This document shows positions 28,613 through 43,405 of a stretch of 64,000 nt of DNA, piece after piece. A program made the translations under genes and the position numbers. A model generated the notes under the pieces. That model was not told the origin of the DNA. It worked only from the letters and a program-made list of their open reading frames with translations, and did no database searches. This DNA comes from the human T2T-CHM13v2.0 reference genome, Homo sapiens, in the NCBI RefSeq assembly GCF_009914755.1, contig NC_060932.1; one strand, given 5' to 3'. Within the stretch, counting starts at the first letter, position 1, and each line of letters starts with the position of its first letter.

Positions 28613-30004
28613 GTTGAAGAAGATGTTTTACAGCTGGAAGTTTCATACGTAGTTGGTAGAGGTATAAAATAGTACAATCACCGTGGAAAACCATTTGGGA
28701 ATTTATTGTGATTCAGGAATTCTCCTAGATGTTTACCAAAACAAGTAACACCATATATCTGCAAAAGGACTTGTGTGAGAGCATTTATTGCAGTGTTATT
28801 CATAATAGTAAAATATTGGAAATCACCCAAATGTCCACAACAGGTGAGTGGATAATTAAATTGTAACATAGTGATATAATAAGATGTATCTCAGCAACTA
28901 AGAATGGACTAATAATACGCAACACAACATATGTAAGTCTCAAAAACATCATAAATTTTAAAGCCAGATGCAAAAATTGTACTTATGTGTGATAACGTTT
29001 ACATGAAGCTCAACCTAAAGCAAAACTAGTCCATGAAAATAGAAATTAGAATAATGATAGCCTTTTGGGTGTACAGAGGAGTGGTAGGGAGTAGAAAGGA
29101 AAGGATGGGAAATTTTGAATGATGTCAATACTCTATATCCTGATTGAGGTCTTCGTTACATGGGGTATTGAGGTATTAGTTACATAGATAGACCAAAATT
29201 CCTTGAACTGTACACTTGAGATCTGTGCATTTTCCTGCATGTAATTATAGCTCTGTAACAAACATGCTAACAAAATGACACAAAAAAGCAAGAGTCCATT
29301 CTCACCCCTGAGCTTTCTCCCATGAGAAAACAAATTCTCCTCAGCCAAATCTATATGTTCCTTTAAGCTTTCTGGGAATATAAGAAAATGAAATTTCCCT
29401 AAATCTAATTCCAATATGACAATACATTGATAAAGCCAGATCTTTGGCTACACTGGGATAGGAAGCCAGGAAAAGCTACAGGATTGTGTGGAGCTGGAGT
29501 AGAAATAGTGGATTGTCCAGAAATTGGTTATTCTAGGGTTGCAACCAGGGACTAGAATCTAATGTCAATCCAAGGGTTAACTCAAGAAGGCTGTGAACAT
29601 TGTTTACAGAAGATCCACATAGAAAAATCCCATTTCGGTGATCTCTCCAAGCAGAGATGAATTAGCCCAGGTTTAAGAGTGGGGACATAGGGACTAGGAA
29701 TGTCTAAAAGCAAGGATCAGCACCCAAACTTGGGGATACTGAATAAAGGGCCCAAGTTAGGCCCCTGAGTCATAATGGAACTGGAATACGAGCCTGGAAG
29801 AAAGCCAAGCTTTGATGTGGTAGAAGAAAATCTCCAAGTCACTGGGAGATGAAAGTGTTCAACCGTCATAAGTCTAACTAGATGCTGGTTTGGTTTATCA
29901 TTGGATTAGTTTATTCTCTATGTAGACCAGGCTAAGTCTGCAGATTGAAAATAATCAGCCACTGCTATCAGGGTTAGGAGGAAGGCAGGGTCAGCCCTGC
30001 CATC

Positions 30005-30049
30005 ACCAGTGGTCTGCTGGTTCTCCAATCAATTGGAAGCCATAGATAT

Positions 30050-30092
<43 letters not shown>

Positions 30093-30527
30093 GAGAGACA
30101 GAGGCAGAGAGAGAGAGACACTTATAAAGGCTGAAAAGTCTAAGATCTGCAGCCAGCAAACTGAACACACAGGATTGCTGATGGTATAAATTTGAGTCTG
30201 AGTTTAAAGGCATGAGAACCAGGAAAGTTTGCGGTGTAAGTTCCAGTCCTGGTCCTAGTCCAAAGGCAGGAGAAGACTGATGTCCCAGCTCAAAGACAGG
30301 CAGAGAGAAAGAATTCCTTCTCACTCAGCCTTTGATTCTGTTCAGGTTTTCAAAAGATTGGCTGAAGTCCACCCATATTGGAGAAGGAACTCTGCTTTGC
30401 TCAGTCTAACAATTCAAGTATGAATCTCATCCAGAAACCCTCACAGGCACACTCAGAAATCATATTTAACCAAATATCTGGGCAACCTATAGCCCAATCA
30501 TGTTGACACTTAAAATTTGCCATCCCA
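30005..30527 (-). mobile_element. MLT2 (ERVL) solo LTR
   Basis: aaggcaggagaagactgatgtcccagctc; ctcatccagaaaccctcacaggcacac; gttgacacttaaaatt..ccatc. Confidence 0.88.
30054..30087. repeat. (TG)17 microsatellite within MLT2
   Basis: Perfect dinucleotide run followed by (GA)n. Confidence 0.97.
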
Positions 30528-31395
30528 TTCTGTGTACAAGAGATGATAAGGGAGACACATCAGGAAGGCAGGACTAATTATGGGGCACTTGGAAGCACTA
30601 GATCATTTTCTGTGGGCTGTGAGGTTGAGGCATTAAGGGGAGTGGAGAGAGGAAGCTGGAAGGGAAGATGAGATGCTCAAGTTAAAATGCTTTCTATTTC
30701 ATCCTGCAGTAAAGATTTAAGGAAGGAGATTCATGGAAATAAATTCATTGTTCTTAGCAAAGGGCTATGATTTGAAATCTGGTTGATCATGCTCTGTGTG
30801 AGCCAACATTGCAAAATAGGCTCTAATTCCCACCTTAGACTGAGCCTGTGCAGATGGCGAGGGGATGGCCCTGCTTGGTGCTGTGTGTCTCCACCTCCAC
30901 TTCTTCTTTCCCAGCCCCAGGTATTTAGAAACTGGCCACTCAGATCAGGGAGGCCCAGCTCCTACCCACCGCTCCTACCTACCCTCTGCTTTCATCCTGC
31001 CAGCTCCATAGCTGTCCTTCCTGTTCCTTTACCTCAGGGTCCTGGTCTTTGATTAGTAATTGACACCAAGGTGATAATGGGTGATAAAAAGTTAATGGCA
31101 ATCTAAAGCGTTAATGGTTATTCAAATCAACTAACCACCTGCAATATAGTAGCTAATTCACTTGCAGTCCATCACACTGTCGCCCAAAGGAATACAGTGA
31201 GGAACATTCCAGGCTGGCTGGGTAGATATTATGTGCCAATAGCTCAGTTCCACTGGCCAAGCACCACCTATGCACCTGCCTCCTCTGTGACCATGGCCTG
31301 CAGTGTGTGCAAGGAGAATACTTCACACTTGTCAATACACTTTTGCTGAAAACCTGCCCCCTGGCTTTTATTTTTCCAGATTTCAATGACAATAG

Positions 31396-32138
<743 letters not shown>

Positions 32139-32139
32139 G

Positions 32140-32965
32140 TAAACATACGTTTAATGAGCCCCTACCAGTGACAGACACTGTTAAGTGCTGGGGATGCTGA
32201 GATGAATCAGAAATTTGCGCCCCACCCCACCCCGGCTTCTATTAGGTCGGTGCAAAAGTAATTGCATCAACCTAATATCAGCTCATGGGTTAGTGGTGTT
32301 CACAACCATCTGATTTCTATTGTCCCTGCTGTGTGCATCCTCAGTTAGATAGAAGTGTGGCATGGTACTTAACCAACAGTACTTAAACACCTTGTGCATG
32401 TTTAGGAAACAGGATCAGAGTAAATGCCAGTAATCTCTGTCCATAGGCCTTCTTGTTACACAAAGGTGAACCTACAGACATGACCCCATCCCTGCATCCA
32501 TGCAGATTACATACTAGCTAGAGGAGAAGGAAGACTTTCCTATCACATCCAAATATACAAATATAAACCCCGATAAGATCCATAGAGGAGAAGTACAAAT
32601 GCCTGTGAGAGAGCCTGATTCGGTCTGGGAATTTGAAAAGGCTTCCCTGAGGTGGTGACATTTGGTGTGAGATGAGAAGGGAGAGATAAGAATCTGCCAG
32701 GGGAAGGGACAGGGGATGAGAACTATGAAGAAGGAATGGGAAGAACCAAGTTCCTGAGGTAGGAGGATGATGTACATATGAGGAATCAAAAGAAGGCCGT
32801 TGTGCCCAGGTTAGAGAGCAAGAAGGTGAATAGGAAGGGGTGAGGCTGGAGGGGCAGGCAGGGGCCAACCCTGTTGGGTGATCGTGGGTTATATGTTCCT
32901 TGTCCCAAGAGTGATGGAGAACATTGAAGCATTTTGAGCAAGGGAGCTATAACATAGATTACTGC
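32140..32965 (-). mobile_element. L2 fragments
   Basis: tttaatgagcccctaccagtgacagacactgttaagtgctggggat; aggcttccctgaggtggtgacattt; attgaagcattttgagcaagggag. Confidence 0.7.
32242..32275. mobile_element. Internally deleted MADE1 (34 bp)
   Basis: ttaggtcggtgcaaaagtaattgcatcaacctaa with TA on both sides (32240-41, 32276-77). Confidence 0.9.
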
Positions 32966-33071
32966 AATTTTGAGTAAATTATATCCTTTCTGAACCTTGG
33001 TCTTCAATAAATGAAGGCAGATTAATTGAATGATCTCTTAGCTTCTTTCATCTCTAATATTCTATGATTCT

Positions 33072-33460
33072 GTAGCCCAGAAATATGCCCTCTTTTGATA
33101 GTTATCAGTACTAGTCACAGACACATCTGATTCTTCCTCTGGGTGTGTTATAGGACTGCACCTGCCTGGCTTTTTGGAGTTAGGTACGGCCAATGGCATG
33201 TGAGCTAAGTGACCTGTGAAAATTCTAGGTTGAAAGGTTAACAGCCAACATGCAATTTCCCAAGCTCTCTCTCCACCACAGTGGCCAGCAACATTTCAAA
33301 TAGTGCAATATCTGGGTCCTAAAATGAGACTATTGGGGTGCACAACTCTCAGACAACCTGCAGTGGGCAAATAAAGCAACAAAGTAAGTAAACAAATAAA
33401 TAAACCTTTGCCATTTGAAGCTACTGAGATCTAGGGGTTGTTAGTCAACACACCACACTG
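33072..33460 (+). mobile_element. MLT1I/J-like LTR
   Basis: ggccaatggcatgtgagctaagtgacctgtg ... aaataaacctttgccatttgaagctactgagatctaggggttg. Confidence 0.65.
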
Positions 33461-34299
33461 CCCAGTACACTCCAAGACCAACGCATGTCATAAAGGACAT
33501 TTGGGACTGTTGTTTGGACCGTGGTGTATAGCTGGTACTCAAAAAATGTTTTAAAATAGTGCAACCTTCGAGCCAATGTTTTCCAAGTCATTCAGTCTGT
33601 GCCTTTGTTTATCTCATCCCTGAAATGGAACTGACCTCACTCCTGGAGTTGCCAGAGCTTGAGGCTAATCAGAAGATAATGAAGCCCTTGACGTTCCTGA
33701 AAAGCTCTCTAGATGATAAATAATAGAGTAGGCTGGCACAGGCTCTTGGCTCTGGCAAGAGCACACAGGGATGCCATTGCCGATCTCTCTCTCTGGTCTT
33801 TCTCCATCATCAGTGAACAGTCCAGGCTCCGGAGGAAACTGTTAGGTCTTTCAGGCTGCAGTGATGAGAGCAACTGTAATTAAGTCCTTACAGATTCCAC
33901 CTTGTTTCTCAGGACATTTCGATCCTGACATTTCTGCAGTCTTTTTGAGTCAGGATAGAAGGAGAAGCATCAGTAATTTTTCTCTTTATCTTTTCCCCTA
34001 CCTCTCATCTATCCTTGACACTGGGCCTTGAGCCAACTGCCACCATCATCCCAGATGCTACACACACAACCATGTGCACAGCGACACAAAACATTGTCAT
34101 CACAGGACAAAAAAAAAAAAGTCCAGTGATGACACATTTTTGTTTGGAAAGAAGCAGAGTCAGACTAGGGGGAAGATGACTGGGCTTCCTGATGTGGTTG
34201 GGGGAAGGTTCTGTACTGCTGCAAGCTGATTCCTTAAACACAAACTCATACTCACACCCAGCACCCAGTCAACGCAACCACCTCCCTCTACACCATGGG

Positions 34300-34470
34300 A
34301 TGGAATGGACCTGGGACTGAGACTTGCAAGTCCTGAGTCTGAGACTTGCTCCTACCAGAAGTGTCTATGTGATCTTGGACAAGTTCCTTGATAGTTTAAA
34401 GCCTCGGTTTCCTCACGAGTGTAACAGATCTGAGGACTGAATGAGATTGGCTTTTAAAAGGCCCATTCAC
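34300..34470 (+). mobile_element. MIR
   Basis: tgtgatcttggacaagttcctt..aagcctcggtttcctca core. Confidence 0.65.
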
Positions 34471-35849
34471 AAGCTCAGGAGGCTTAATCCAATTGCCTTT
34501 CCCCTTGAGGATATCACCATTACCACTAAAGCAAAACATCATCTGTCCTTGGTCTCCTCCTGTCCTCCCACTCCCCTTTCTTCTTCACTTCCTGTCCCTT
34601 TGTGTTTACTATTCATTTTAGCTTAATTCTCCCCAAGAAAAAAATGATCCTGAGCTGTGTGTGAAGCCCTCCTTTCCCCACCTTGGTTGAGGGAGGTTCA
34701 CTGTTGACCTTGATTGGGGCCAGATGTCCATCAGTGAGACCAGAGAGGGAGAAGGGGTCCTGGCTTTGAATAGCATTCAGTGACCTTGGGGTGGAAGGCC
34801 TGGTGTCTCTAGAGAGAGGCTGGATGATGGACAATGGGTGTGTAGGGAAGATAGCAGTGAGGCATCTCCTTGGAAACAGGCCTGTCACCTCCTCCTCATC
34901 CTAGTTATTCTCCATTGTTCCCCACTGAATACCTCATCTTCTTGGTTAAGGGGTCCTCTGTAGTCCCACCCACTCCCCATCCTCCAGGGGCAGCTGCACG
35001 TCCCCTCTTCCCACTTCCCTCTAGGGAGCAGCAATCAGCTCACACTCTCAGGACAACTTCAAGAATGAAATATCATTAGCAGGCCTCAAAAAAAGAGAAG
35101 GAAAGAGGGTCAGTAATCCCCATGCATATTTGAATTACTAAACACTCACCAGGGTCATACAGAACCACTTTCTATAGGCCTGTTCTACACATGGTGTGCT
35201 TGATGATACAGGGGGTAGTGGGAGTCGGGCAAAGGCCCAATGTTTTGGACTCCTCCGCCCGCAAACCCTGTCTTTCAATCCTAGCATGGATGTCCTCATT
35301 ACTCCTGCCAAGAGCAAAAGCATTCTGCTTTTGAGCAAATTTCTTAAGTAGTATGGGCTTCACCCACAAGATGAGGCAGGTGGGCTAGGTGATGTTCTCT
35401 CATGCAGACCATCATTACCCAGTGGCTCTCTGCTGAGCCGTGAGCCCTCAGAAATACAGTGAAATATTTTGTGTGTCTGTTTAGGCATTTAAAGATGGGG
35501 AAGGGGGGACCTATGACCTCATCAAGTCAATTTCCTGGGAAGCCTCAATATTGAAAGAACACCCATAACAAAGAAATGGGATGAGTGTGGGAGACAGTTT
35601 AGAAATTAAGGCAACTGGAGTGCTAATATAAGTCTGACCTGTGACCTGGAAGCTCAGCAAAGTCAGACTCTAAGTGGGTCTGCTTCAGGGACAACTGGCA
35701 GGAGCTAAGCCAGAAGTGTAGGCCCAGCTGCCTGCTGGGACAGCAGCATTTCCACTGGGCAGCAGAGACCCAGGCAGACAGAGGAGCTCCAGAGGTCCTG
35801 AGCATCTGCAAAGCTGATGCCTAGGATCTCTTTGGCAGAGACAATGCCA

Positions 35850-36140
35850 TAGGTGGTATGCCATTTTCCCTTCCTGGGCACACGAGAAGACTACATTTTC
35901 CAGCCTGCCTTGAAGTTAGATTGGGTCTACTTTCTGGCCAATGGGATGTGGAAAAATGGATGTAAGGCACTCCGAGCCCTGTCTCCTACAGAAGTCTTCT
36001 TGCTCTTTCTCAGGGATTATCAGGCATGGCCACCTGGTTTGCATCAACATGTGATATCAAGCGGAAATAAACCTTTGTTGGATCAAGACGCTGAGATTTA
36101 AGTGTTTATTGCCATGGGCAGGCCTAGATTATCTCGATTA
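35850..36140 (+). mobile_element. MLT1J/K-like LTR fragment
   Basis: actacattttccagcctgccttgaagttag..tttctggccaatgggatgtgg ... aaataaacctttgttg..gctgagattt. Confidence 0.6.
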
Positions 36141-36187
36141 ATGCAATGCTTCAACCATCCAGTGTAAGACAGTACAACTCTATTTCT

Positions 36188-36262
36188 AAATATAGAAAAT
36201 ATAAAGTGGTAAATTAAAGCAGCAAATATAAAGTAGTAAATATTCACTAGTAAATATAAAGT
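36188..36262. repeat. Degenerate ~14-bp AT-rich minisatellite
   Basis: Variants of aaatataaagtagt repeated about 5 times. Confidence 0.6.
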
Positions 36263-36614
36263 GCTTAATATCCAGCCGGGCTGAGACCTTGACCATCTGT
36301 TGACTGGACTGCGTGATCACAGCAAGGACTGATAAGTTACCCCAAACTCCCATCTGACTGCCTCAGAATGGGAAATCTTCTGAGAAGTGGTTGCATCTTT
36401 GCTTAAACAATGTTTTAGAAATGAGGGGATCGTTCATGTATTTCTACAGCAGGGGAGGAAACTGTCATCTCTAAGGGATTGCTGTAGCACACTGATTCAG
36501 AGGGCAGGTTCTGGAGCTAAGTAGCCTGAGTTTGTGCCCTAGTTGCAACAGTTACTAACTGGGTGATTTGTGTAAGTTGCTTAACCTTCTTTTGCTCAAC
36601 TTCATAAACTTATT

Positions 36615-37095
36615 GTATCACTTGTGATTGCTGTATAACAAACGGTCTCAATGCTTCATAGCTTGAAACATACATCTTTATTATTTCTTATAACTTTCCA
36701 GGTCAGCTGGGTCAATCTTCTGGTCTCATTTACGCATCTGTGGTCAGGGAGGTGGCTCTGCTGATCTTGTCTGAGCCCCTCTCACATGCTTGCAGGTTAA
36801 CTGGCTATAGGCTTGTCTAGTGGTGTCAGCTAGAACAACTGGGCTCAAGGCTTGTTCCATATGGTCTCAGCTTGTTTACACAGCAGTGGCAGGATTCCAA
36901 AAGACAGAATACATGAATGATTTGGAATTCACCCATCAGCTCTACCTCTTTATTCTGGTGAAAACAAGTTATAAGTTTAGGTCAGGTTCAAAGGGTAGAG
37001 AAACAGACTCCATCTTTTTTAGGACAGAAAACCATGTTACAAAATATAATGATGGAGGGAGTCCATCAACAATGGTCATCAGTGCAATCAACCTC
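36615..37095 (-). mobile_element. MLT1G/H-like LTR inserted in a MIR (MIR halves ~36490-36610 and ~37100-37150)
   Basis: attgctgtataacaaac..gcttgaaaca; ttattctggtgaaaacaagttataag; aagggtagagaaacagactccatct. Confidence 0.65.
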
Positions 37096-37156
37096 TCATT
37101 GTTATTGTAAGGATTAAATGTGTAACACATGTAAGATATTTGAATAATGTTGTTTT

Positions 37157-37570
37157 GTAAATTTCAGAACTTCATATTTTCCTGCTGCCTTAATATCTCC
37201 ATTAGCTGGCTGTGAGCACCGTGCCCGGGTGGCCAGCTGCACCAGGGTGCTGACCACTGCCACAAGTCCTTCCTTCACACCCCTGACTGTGACCTAGTGA
37301 CATTCATATGCACCAATGAAATTCCCTTGCACCTTTTGCTGTGTTCTCCAACGTGACCCTCAATAAAGGCACTTGCCTGCAGGTCCTCCCTCCTTCCTGA
37401 ATCCCCGCAGGCTCTATTAAGTACACTCCGTTGGCGCTGTTTCCATGTGGCCCCCTTGCGGACTGTGGTGACCCTGTCTCTCTAGGATCTGTGGGTATAT
37501 AGTAAATGCTCCATACACACGCGCATCTGTCATCTCCACTACCTTCTTCTCTGTACAGTCTTCACTGATG
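37157..37570 (+). mobile_element. ERVL LTR of the MER54/MER74 type
   Basis: gcaccaatgaaattccc; aataaaggcacttgcc; ccctgtctctctaggatctgtgggta. Confidence 0.5.
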
Positions 37571-39009
37571 GAAATGCTTAAACACTATGTGTACTGTTAA
37601 GCCTTTAGTGTAATTATCTTCTGTAAGGTTCACAACCACCCTAAGACAAGTTTTTTAGAATCGTTTATTTCTATAAATGACAAAAGTGAGGCTTAGAGAG
37701 CGTAAGTAATTTACTCAAGTTACCAGGTACCAGGATCAAACTGAATCCATGTTCTGAATCACTGACTGGCTTCCACTGGCTTAGAAAGAACTTCACTTGT
37801 CGCTTCTGTATGGCAAAGGCTGCCCCAAATTTCAGAGCCACCTCAGTTAGTTCTGCTGTAACTGTCGGATATCCCCACAGCGAGGCATGCCGACAACTAG
37901 GCTGAGCCCTCCAGTCTCCTATTGCCAGAGAGTTGGTTCTGTGGCTGACCTGGGAATAGGCTTAGACCTCTGGGCATGGTTACGTCTCCATGGTACCAAC
38001 ATCAGCTCATGGTGCACCTTCTCCACCTTGTCTACCCTAGATACTCATTGTGAGGTTGGCTGATACCTCCAGCTGCCAGATGAGGCTTCTCCAGGACAGG
38101 TGCAAGTGTACATCAGGGATGTTAGCCCAGCCCTCTGGAAGGTATTTGAAGGTAGGTCTTTCTATCTAAGCACATCAGTATGGATTAGGTGAGTCTCAGC
38201 CCTGTTTGTCTAAGTTGCCTCCTTCATATTATTTCTCCCTAGCATCTTGTCCTCAAACCTATCCTGGTCTTCTTTCTAGTTCCCTAGGAGAGTGGAAGCT
38301 CTGCCCTAGAGTTTCCAGCCTTGTTTGAGCTCATTGTCAAGCTATACTCTTGCAATCAGGTTCTGCTTCTGCTCCTCGCAAACATTCAGGACAAAGGTAA
38401 CCGATGTGATTCTCCTCAAGGGCCAGATCCAGGTAGGTGGGAACAATATTGAGGCCATATCTAGACCCAGTAGAAAATGGCGCTGTGATCATCTAGCAAG
38501 GTCTCCTGTAAGACAGGGAGTTAGAATGACAACAGGAGTTACTGTTATTGGCATCCCAGGCCTAGACCAAGGATGCCATCACCTGCTGGGCTTCTAAACT
38601 TGCGTTGCCAAATTGCATGCTTGGTTTGATGACCTTTGGACACCCGGCATTGAATGATTCAGCTGCCCCAGATGCCACAGGGTAGCTCAGACCCACATAT
38701 TAGGTTAATTTCTCTAACTGCCAGATCACTCATTCACAGCTTTTTTTCCTTCCTCAATGGTGTAAATTACTCCCAAAGGACAGTTCCAGCTGAAGCCTGT
38801 TGAGTTATGACCAAACCCAAGGTCTTTGATAACTTAATTATACTGTTTGGCCTTAGGGATTGTCTTTGTTCTAATTCTAACTCTTCTCATTGACGATGAT
38901 AAGGATTCAACCCAAAGATAAGATGAAAAGAGAAGAAGCAAAAAGCAGCAGGGAGAATTATTTAGGATGCTTACTCCCAGGTTCGCCTCTTCCTAGGATA
39001 ATCATGACT

Positions 39010-39800
39010 GCCTGGATATAGTCAGTACAAGAGAGCATACCAATGCGAGGTGTTTCCTCAGACAGCCTGAGTTGAAATTTTGCCATTTCCAACTACCAGC
39101 TGTGTGACCTTAGGTGAGCTACCTACCTACCTAGCTACCTAACTACTCCATGCTTCTTCAGGTTTCTTGTCTGTAAAAATGAGGATAGTGACAGTTCCTA
39201 CCATAAGAGATTGTTAGGATCATATGAAATAATTGATGTAAAATACTCAGAGTATTGCTTGGTAATTATCTTAGATCTCAGTTACTGTGTTGAGTTCATG
39301 CATTATCTCCTATTATATGACTTTTTGAGATCAGGTTTGATAGCCCCATTTTGCTAATGAGAAAGGAGAGGCATGGAGAGGTTAAGTCTATTGTCCAAGG
39401 TGACACAGCTGATAAATGTCAGAGCTAGGATTTGAGCCAAGGCGTGTTTGACTCCTAAACAAATGCTTTTTTTCAGAAGGAGCGTTTGGACCTAACAGCT
39501 CTAATCACCCAAATCAGAAGAAGTGGTCTGGTGAAAGTAAAATGAAACTGGCTTTTTTTAAAGGCAGGCCTGAGATATAATCCCACTGGCTGTTCACCAT
39601 TGGGCAAATCACTTTACCTCTCTGGGCTTTAGAGTCCTTGGATGAGCCTTTTAAAGGCCAGTGTCAGTCAGTCCTCAGATCCCATTCATGCATGAGGAAA
39701 CCGAGGCTTTAAACTATCAAGGAACTTGTCCAAGATCACACAGACAGTTCTGGCAGGAGCAAGTCTCAGACTCAGGACTTGGATGTCTCAGGCCTAGGTC
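39010..39800. mobile_element. Cluster of four MIR fragments in alternating orientation
   Basis: Cores at ~39095 (+), ~39345-39440 (-), ~39595 (+), ~39690-39745 (-). Confidence 0.7.
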
Positions 39801-41223
39801 CACCCCATCCCATGGTGTAGAGGGAGGTGGTTGTGTTGACTGAGTGCTGGCCTCCCATCTCCTTAGCCTCTGCCATCAGTGTCTCTCCTCCAGGCTGCAG
39901 CCATGATTTCATAAATGGCATGTGTACTTCTTAAATTTCTCCTGCGCAGGACCCATAGAAAGCGTTTCCTCCTAGAGAGAAAAAGTAGGAGCAGCTGGGA
40001 GTCACCACCTCTCAGCCCCATCCTTTAGTGATCCCTCATTTTCATTTCTGCTTTTCGGTGTCACATCCCATATTAACCCCATGGTCTGAAATGTTTAGCA
40101 AGTGAGGAAGGACCTCACAATGTTTAGAGCATTTAGTTGGAATAAATAATGTATGGAAAAGCAATGGTAAGGTACAAAATGCCTGCTAATTAGCAGAAGC
40201 TTAGAGTCAAGTAGGGAAGTTTCCTCTGGCAAAAGTTCTTTCAAACACCAGATCAGAGTCCCAGGGTCAGCCTGAGCCCAGCCACTCCTTCCCCATCCTC
40301 TGGCGGAAATCTGTCGGCTGCCTTCCCTCTGCAGCCAGCTTTCAGAAACCTGGGATCTCTATCTTCCCAGCAGGAAAGGAATTTATTAACACGTCCACTG
40401 CATCCCAAATTGAGAAATCAGCTGCCTGGAATCTGTGATCAATATGTTGTCTCTCAGTGATAAAGTGTTTCCTTGGAATATGTTCCTCATGTTCCCTTCA
40501 TGGTTCAGAGCTCCCAGAGATTTGGGGTGGGTTCAGCTATTAGGTGCTCTGATCACTATGAGATTCTTCATCCTCTCTCAGCCTCCCGGCTCTCCAGGAT
40601 CCACAGAGCCTGGCATGAGGTTCCTACCCACCTGTGACTCAGGCTGTTAGCAGGGGAAGATGAAACAAAAGAAAGGTTTCAATAGGAGGCATGGCTATAG
40701 ACATGGTGGTGGTGGGCTGTTGCAGTGTTTATGGAGTTCGTTTCAAGCCCATATCTAACAGACATGTGAGCTGTAGGTTAGTTCTAAGTGACATTAAAAT
40801 GCATCTGCCGGACGCCTCACTCAGCTCAAGACCAGGAGTGCATGCGCCGCTGAGATGCCACACTGCTTTGTTCATTTGTCTCCTCACTATCTTCACCAAC
40901 ATGGGCCTGTCTTCTGGTTGGCTCCCTCCCCTCTCCCACACTCTGGGCCTCCTCCCCACGATGCGGTGTCAATCTCTGTGGCATGTCCATGTTGATGTCT
41001 GCCTCGACCCCTCAGGACCCACTTATCTAGAAACCTCTAGGAATACTGAGAAGCACTTGGCATTTTCTAGCAGCCACCCAACCTCAGTGACCAAATCTTT
41101 GGCTGTTGACATATAGGTGACAGGAGATCTTCGGTCACATTATGATTTTAGACACCTGCTGTTCTCCTCACCTTCTTTCTATGGCTGAGAGTAGAGTGCT
41201 TCCCGGCCCTGGACCTACAGTCA

Positions 41224-42172
<949 letters not shown>

Positions 42173-42218
42173 CCATGTGCATTATACTGGCTCATTATTC
42201 TCTTGCCAAAACCAGCCT

Positions 42219-42372
42219 AAGCTGGGCATGGTGGCACGTCCCTGTCATCCCAGCTACTCAGGAGGCTGAGGTGAGAGGATTACACTGAGCCAGGGAGGTC
42301 GAGGCTGCATTAAGCTGAGATCACACTGCCGCACTACAACCTTGGTGACAGAGTGATGAAAAAAAAAAAAAA
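42219..42372 (+). mobile_element. FRAM/FAM-type Alu monomer
   Basis: gctgggcatggtggcacgtccctgtcatcccagctactcaggaggctgaggtgagaggat..gagccagggaggtcgaggctgca plus A tail. Confidence 0.88.
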
Positions 42373-42804
42373 GCAGCATGGATGAAACTGCTCAATCCTC
42401 TTGTAGACTGAACCTTGGATGATAGCAGCACACTCAGGGAGAAGTCTGTACACTCTCAGTGTGGATGCTCAGGGCTTGTGTCTCGCAGTACTGGGCAATG
42501 TTTACTGACAAAGCTGTCAGGGCACCTGGTGAACTGTGCTGGGGGCATGGTGGTGGGTGGTAGATTCTAGTCTCTGCTTCTTCCTAATTGGCAATGTCAC
42601 TGTAGGCAAGTGATTTTAGTTAATTTAAGTCCTCTTGGAATCTGTCAGGGGAGGATAAGAAAATCTTAATTTGCTCAATTGTCTCAGCCTGAGGGCCCAG
42701 AATTTAGTATTTTATCTTGTGTCCATATTTTCCTGTCTTCATCATCGATACCAGTGACTTTACTTCTTGACTGGTCTGGATGCATTTCTTGTAATAACCA
42801 TCTC

Positions 42805-43405
42805 TGTAGCCACTTCCATTATGGGTTTTTGGGGGCAGTAAATATTTGCCTATTTTTGGCAGCCTAGCATCTGAATATCTTTCTAATGTTTGGGGTACCT
42901 CGTATCATAGGTACTGCCATAGAAGGCAGAATCTGCTTCTATTACAGAAGCTAAAAAGGCCAGACACATTTCCAGCCTCCCTTGAAATACAGTGCAGGGA
43001 TTTGACCCGTGCTTGGCCAATCACATGCATCCATCCAACTTGCGAGCTGCCGCACAAACAAGCAAGGGCCAGAGGGAGGCTGCCTTGGAAGTGGTGATAG
43101 CAACAATGTGAGGTCTCTGTAGGGACTGGGATGATGGTGGAGACTGTGGTATACCCAGTGTCCAGTGTGGCAGAGCGGCCTGCAGCCTCGCTGGGTGGCC
43201 GTGGCAGTGGAGGTCTGATTTTGGCTATGGTGTGGTCTGATTTGGGCTATGGCTTCCCAGTTTTTCTTTGTTCTATACTATTTTCTGAACCTGGTCTTCA
43301 TTGCATTTTGACAAATTGCTTAAGCACCCAATACTTTGTAGATAAATTCCTTTCTTGGCTAGTGTGATTTTCAGTTGCTTGAAACCAAGGACCCTGAGTA
43401 CTATG
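42805..43405 (+). mobile_element. LTR16/LTR40/LTR50-like ERVL LTR
   Basis: tttccagcctcccttg..gcttggccaatcacatgc ... ataaattcctttctt..gttgcttgaaaccaaggaccctga. Confidence 0.6.

Larger units (their letters stand above)
24500..29262 (+). mobile_element. Old L1M (L1MC/ME-like) decayed ORF2 and 3'UTR
   Basis: A-rich sense ORF2 remnant including the RT region (ttttgcagatgacataattgtatatacagaaaatcc = FADD motif, ~26645); 3'UTR ends near gaactgtacacttgagatctgtgcatttt. Confidence 0.85.

Noticed and set aside
40691-41116. 141-aa ORF in unique sequence
   Set aside because: No domain, coding-like composition or splice context; the length is compatible with chance in 64 kb.
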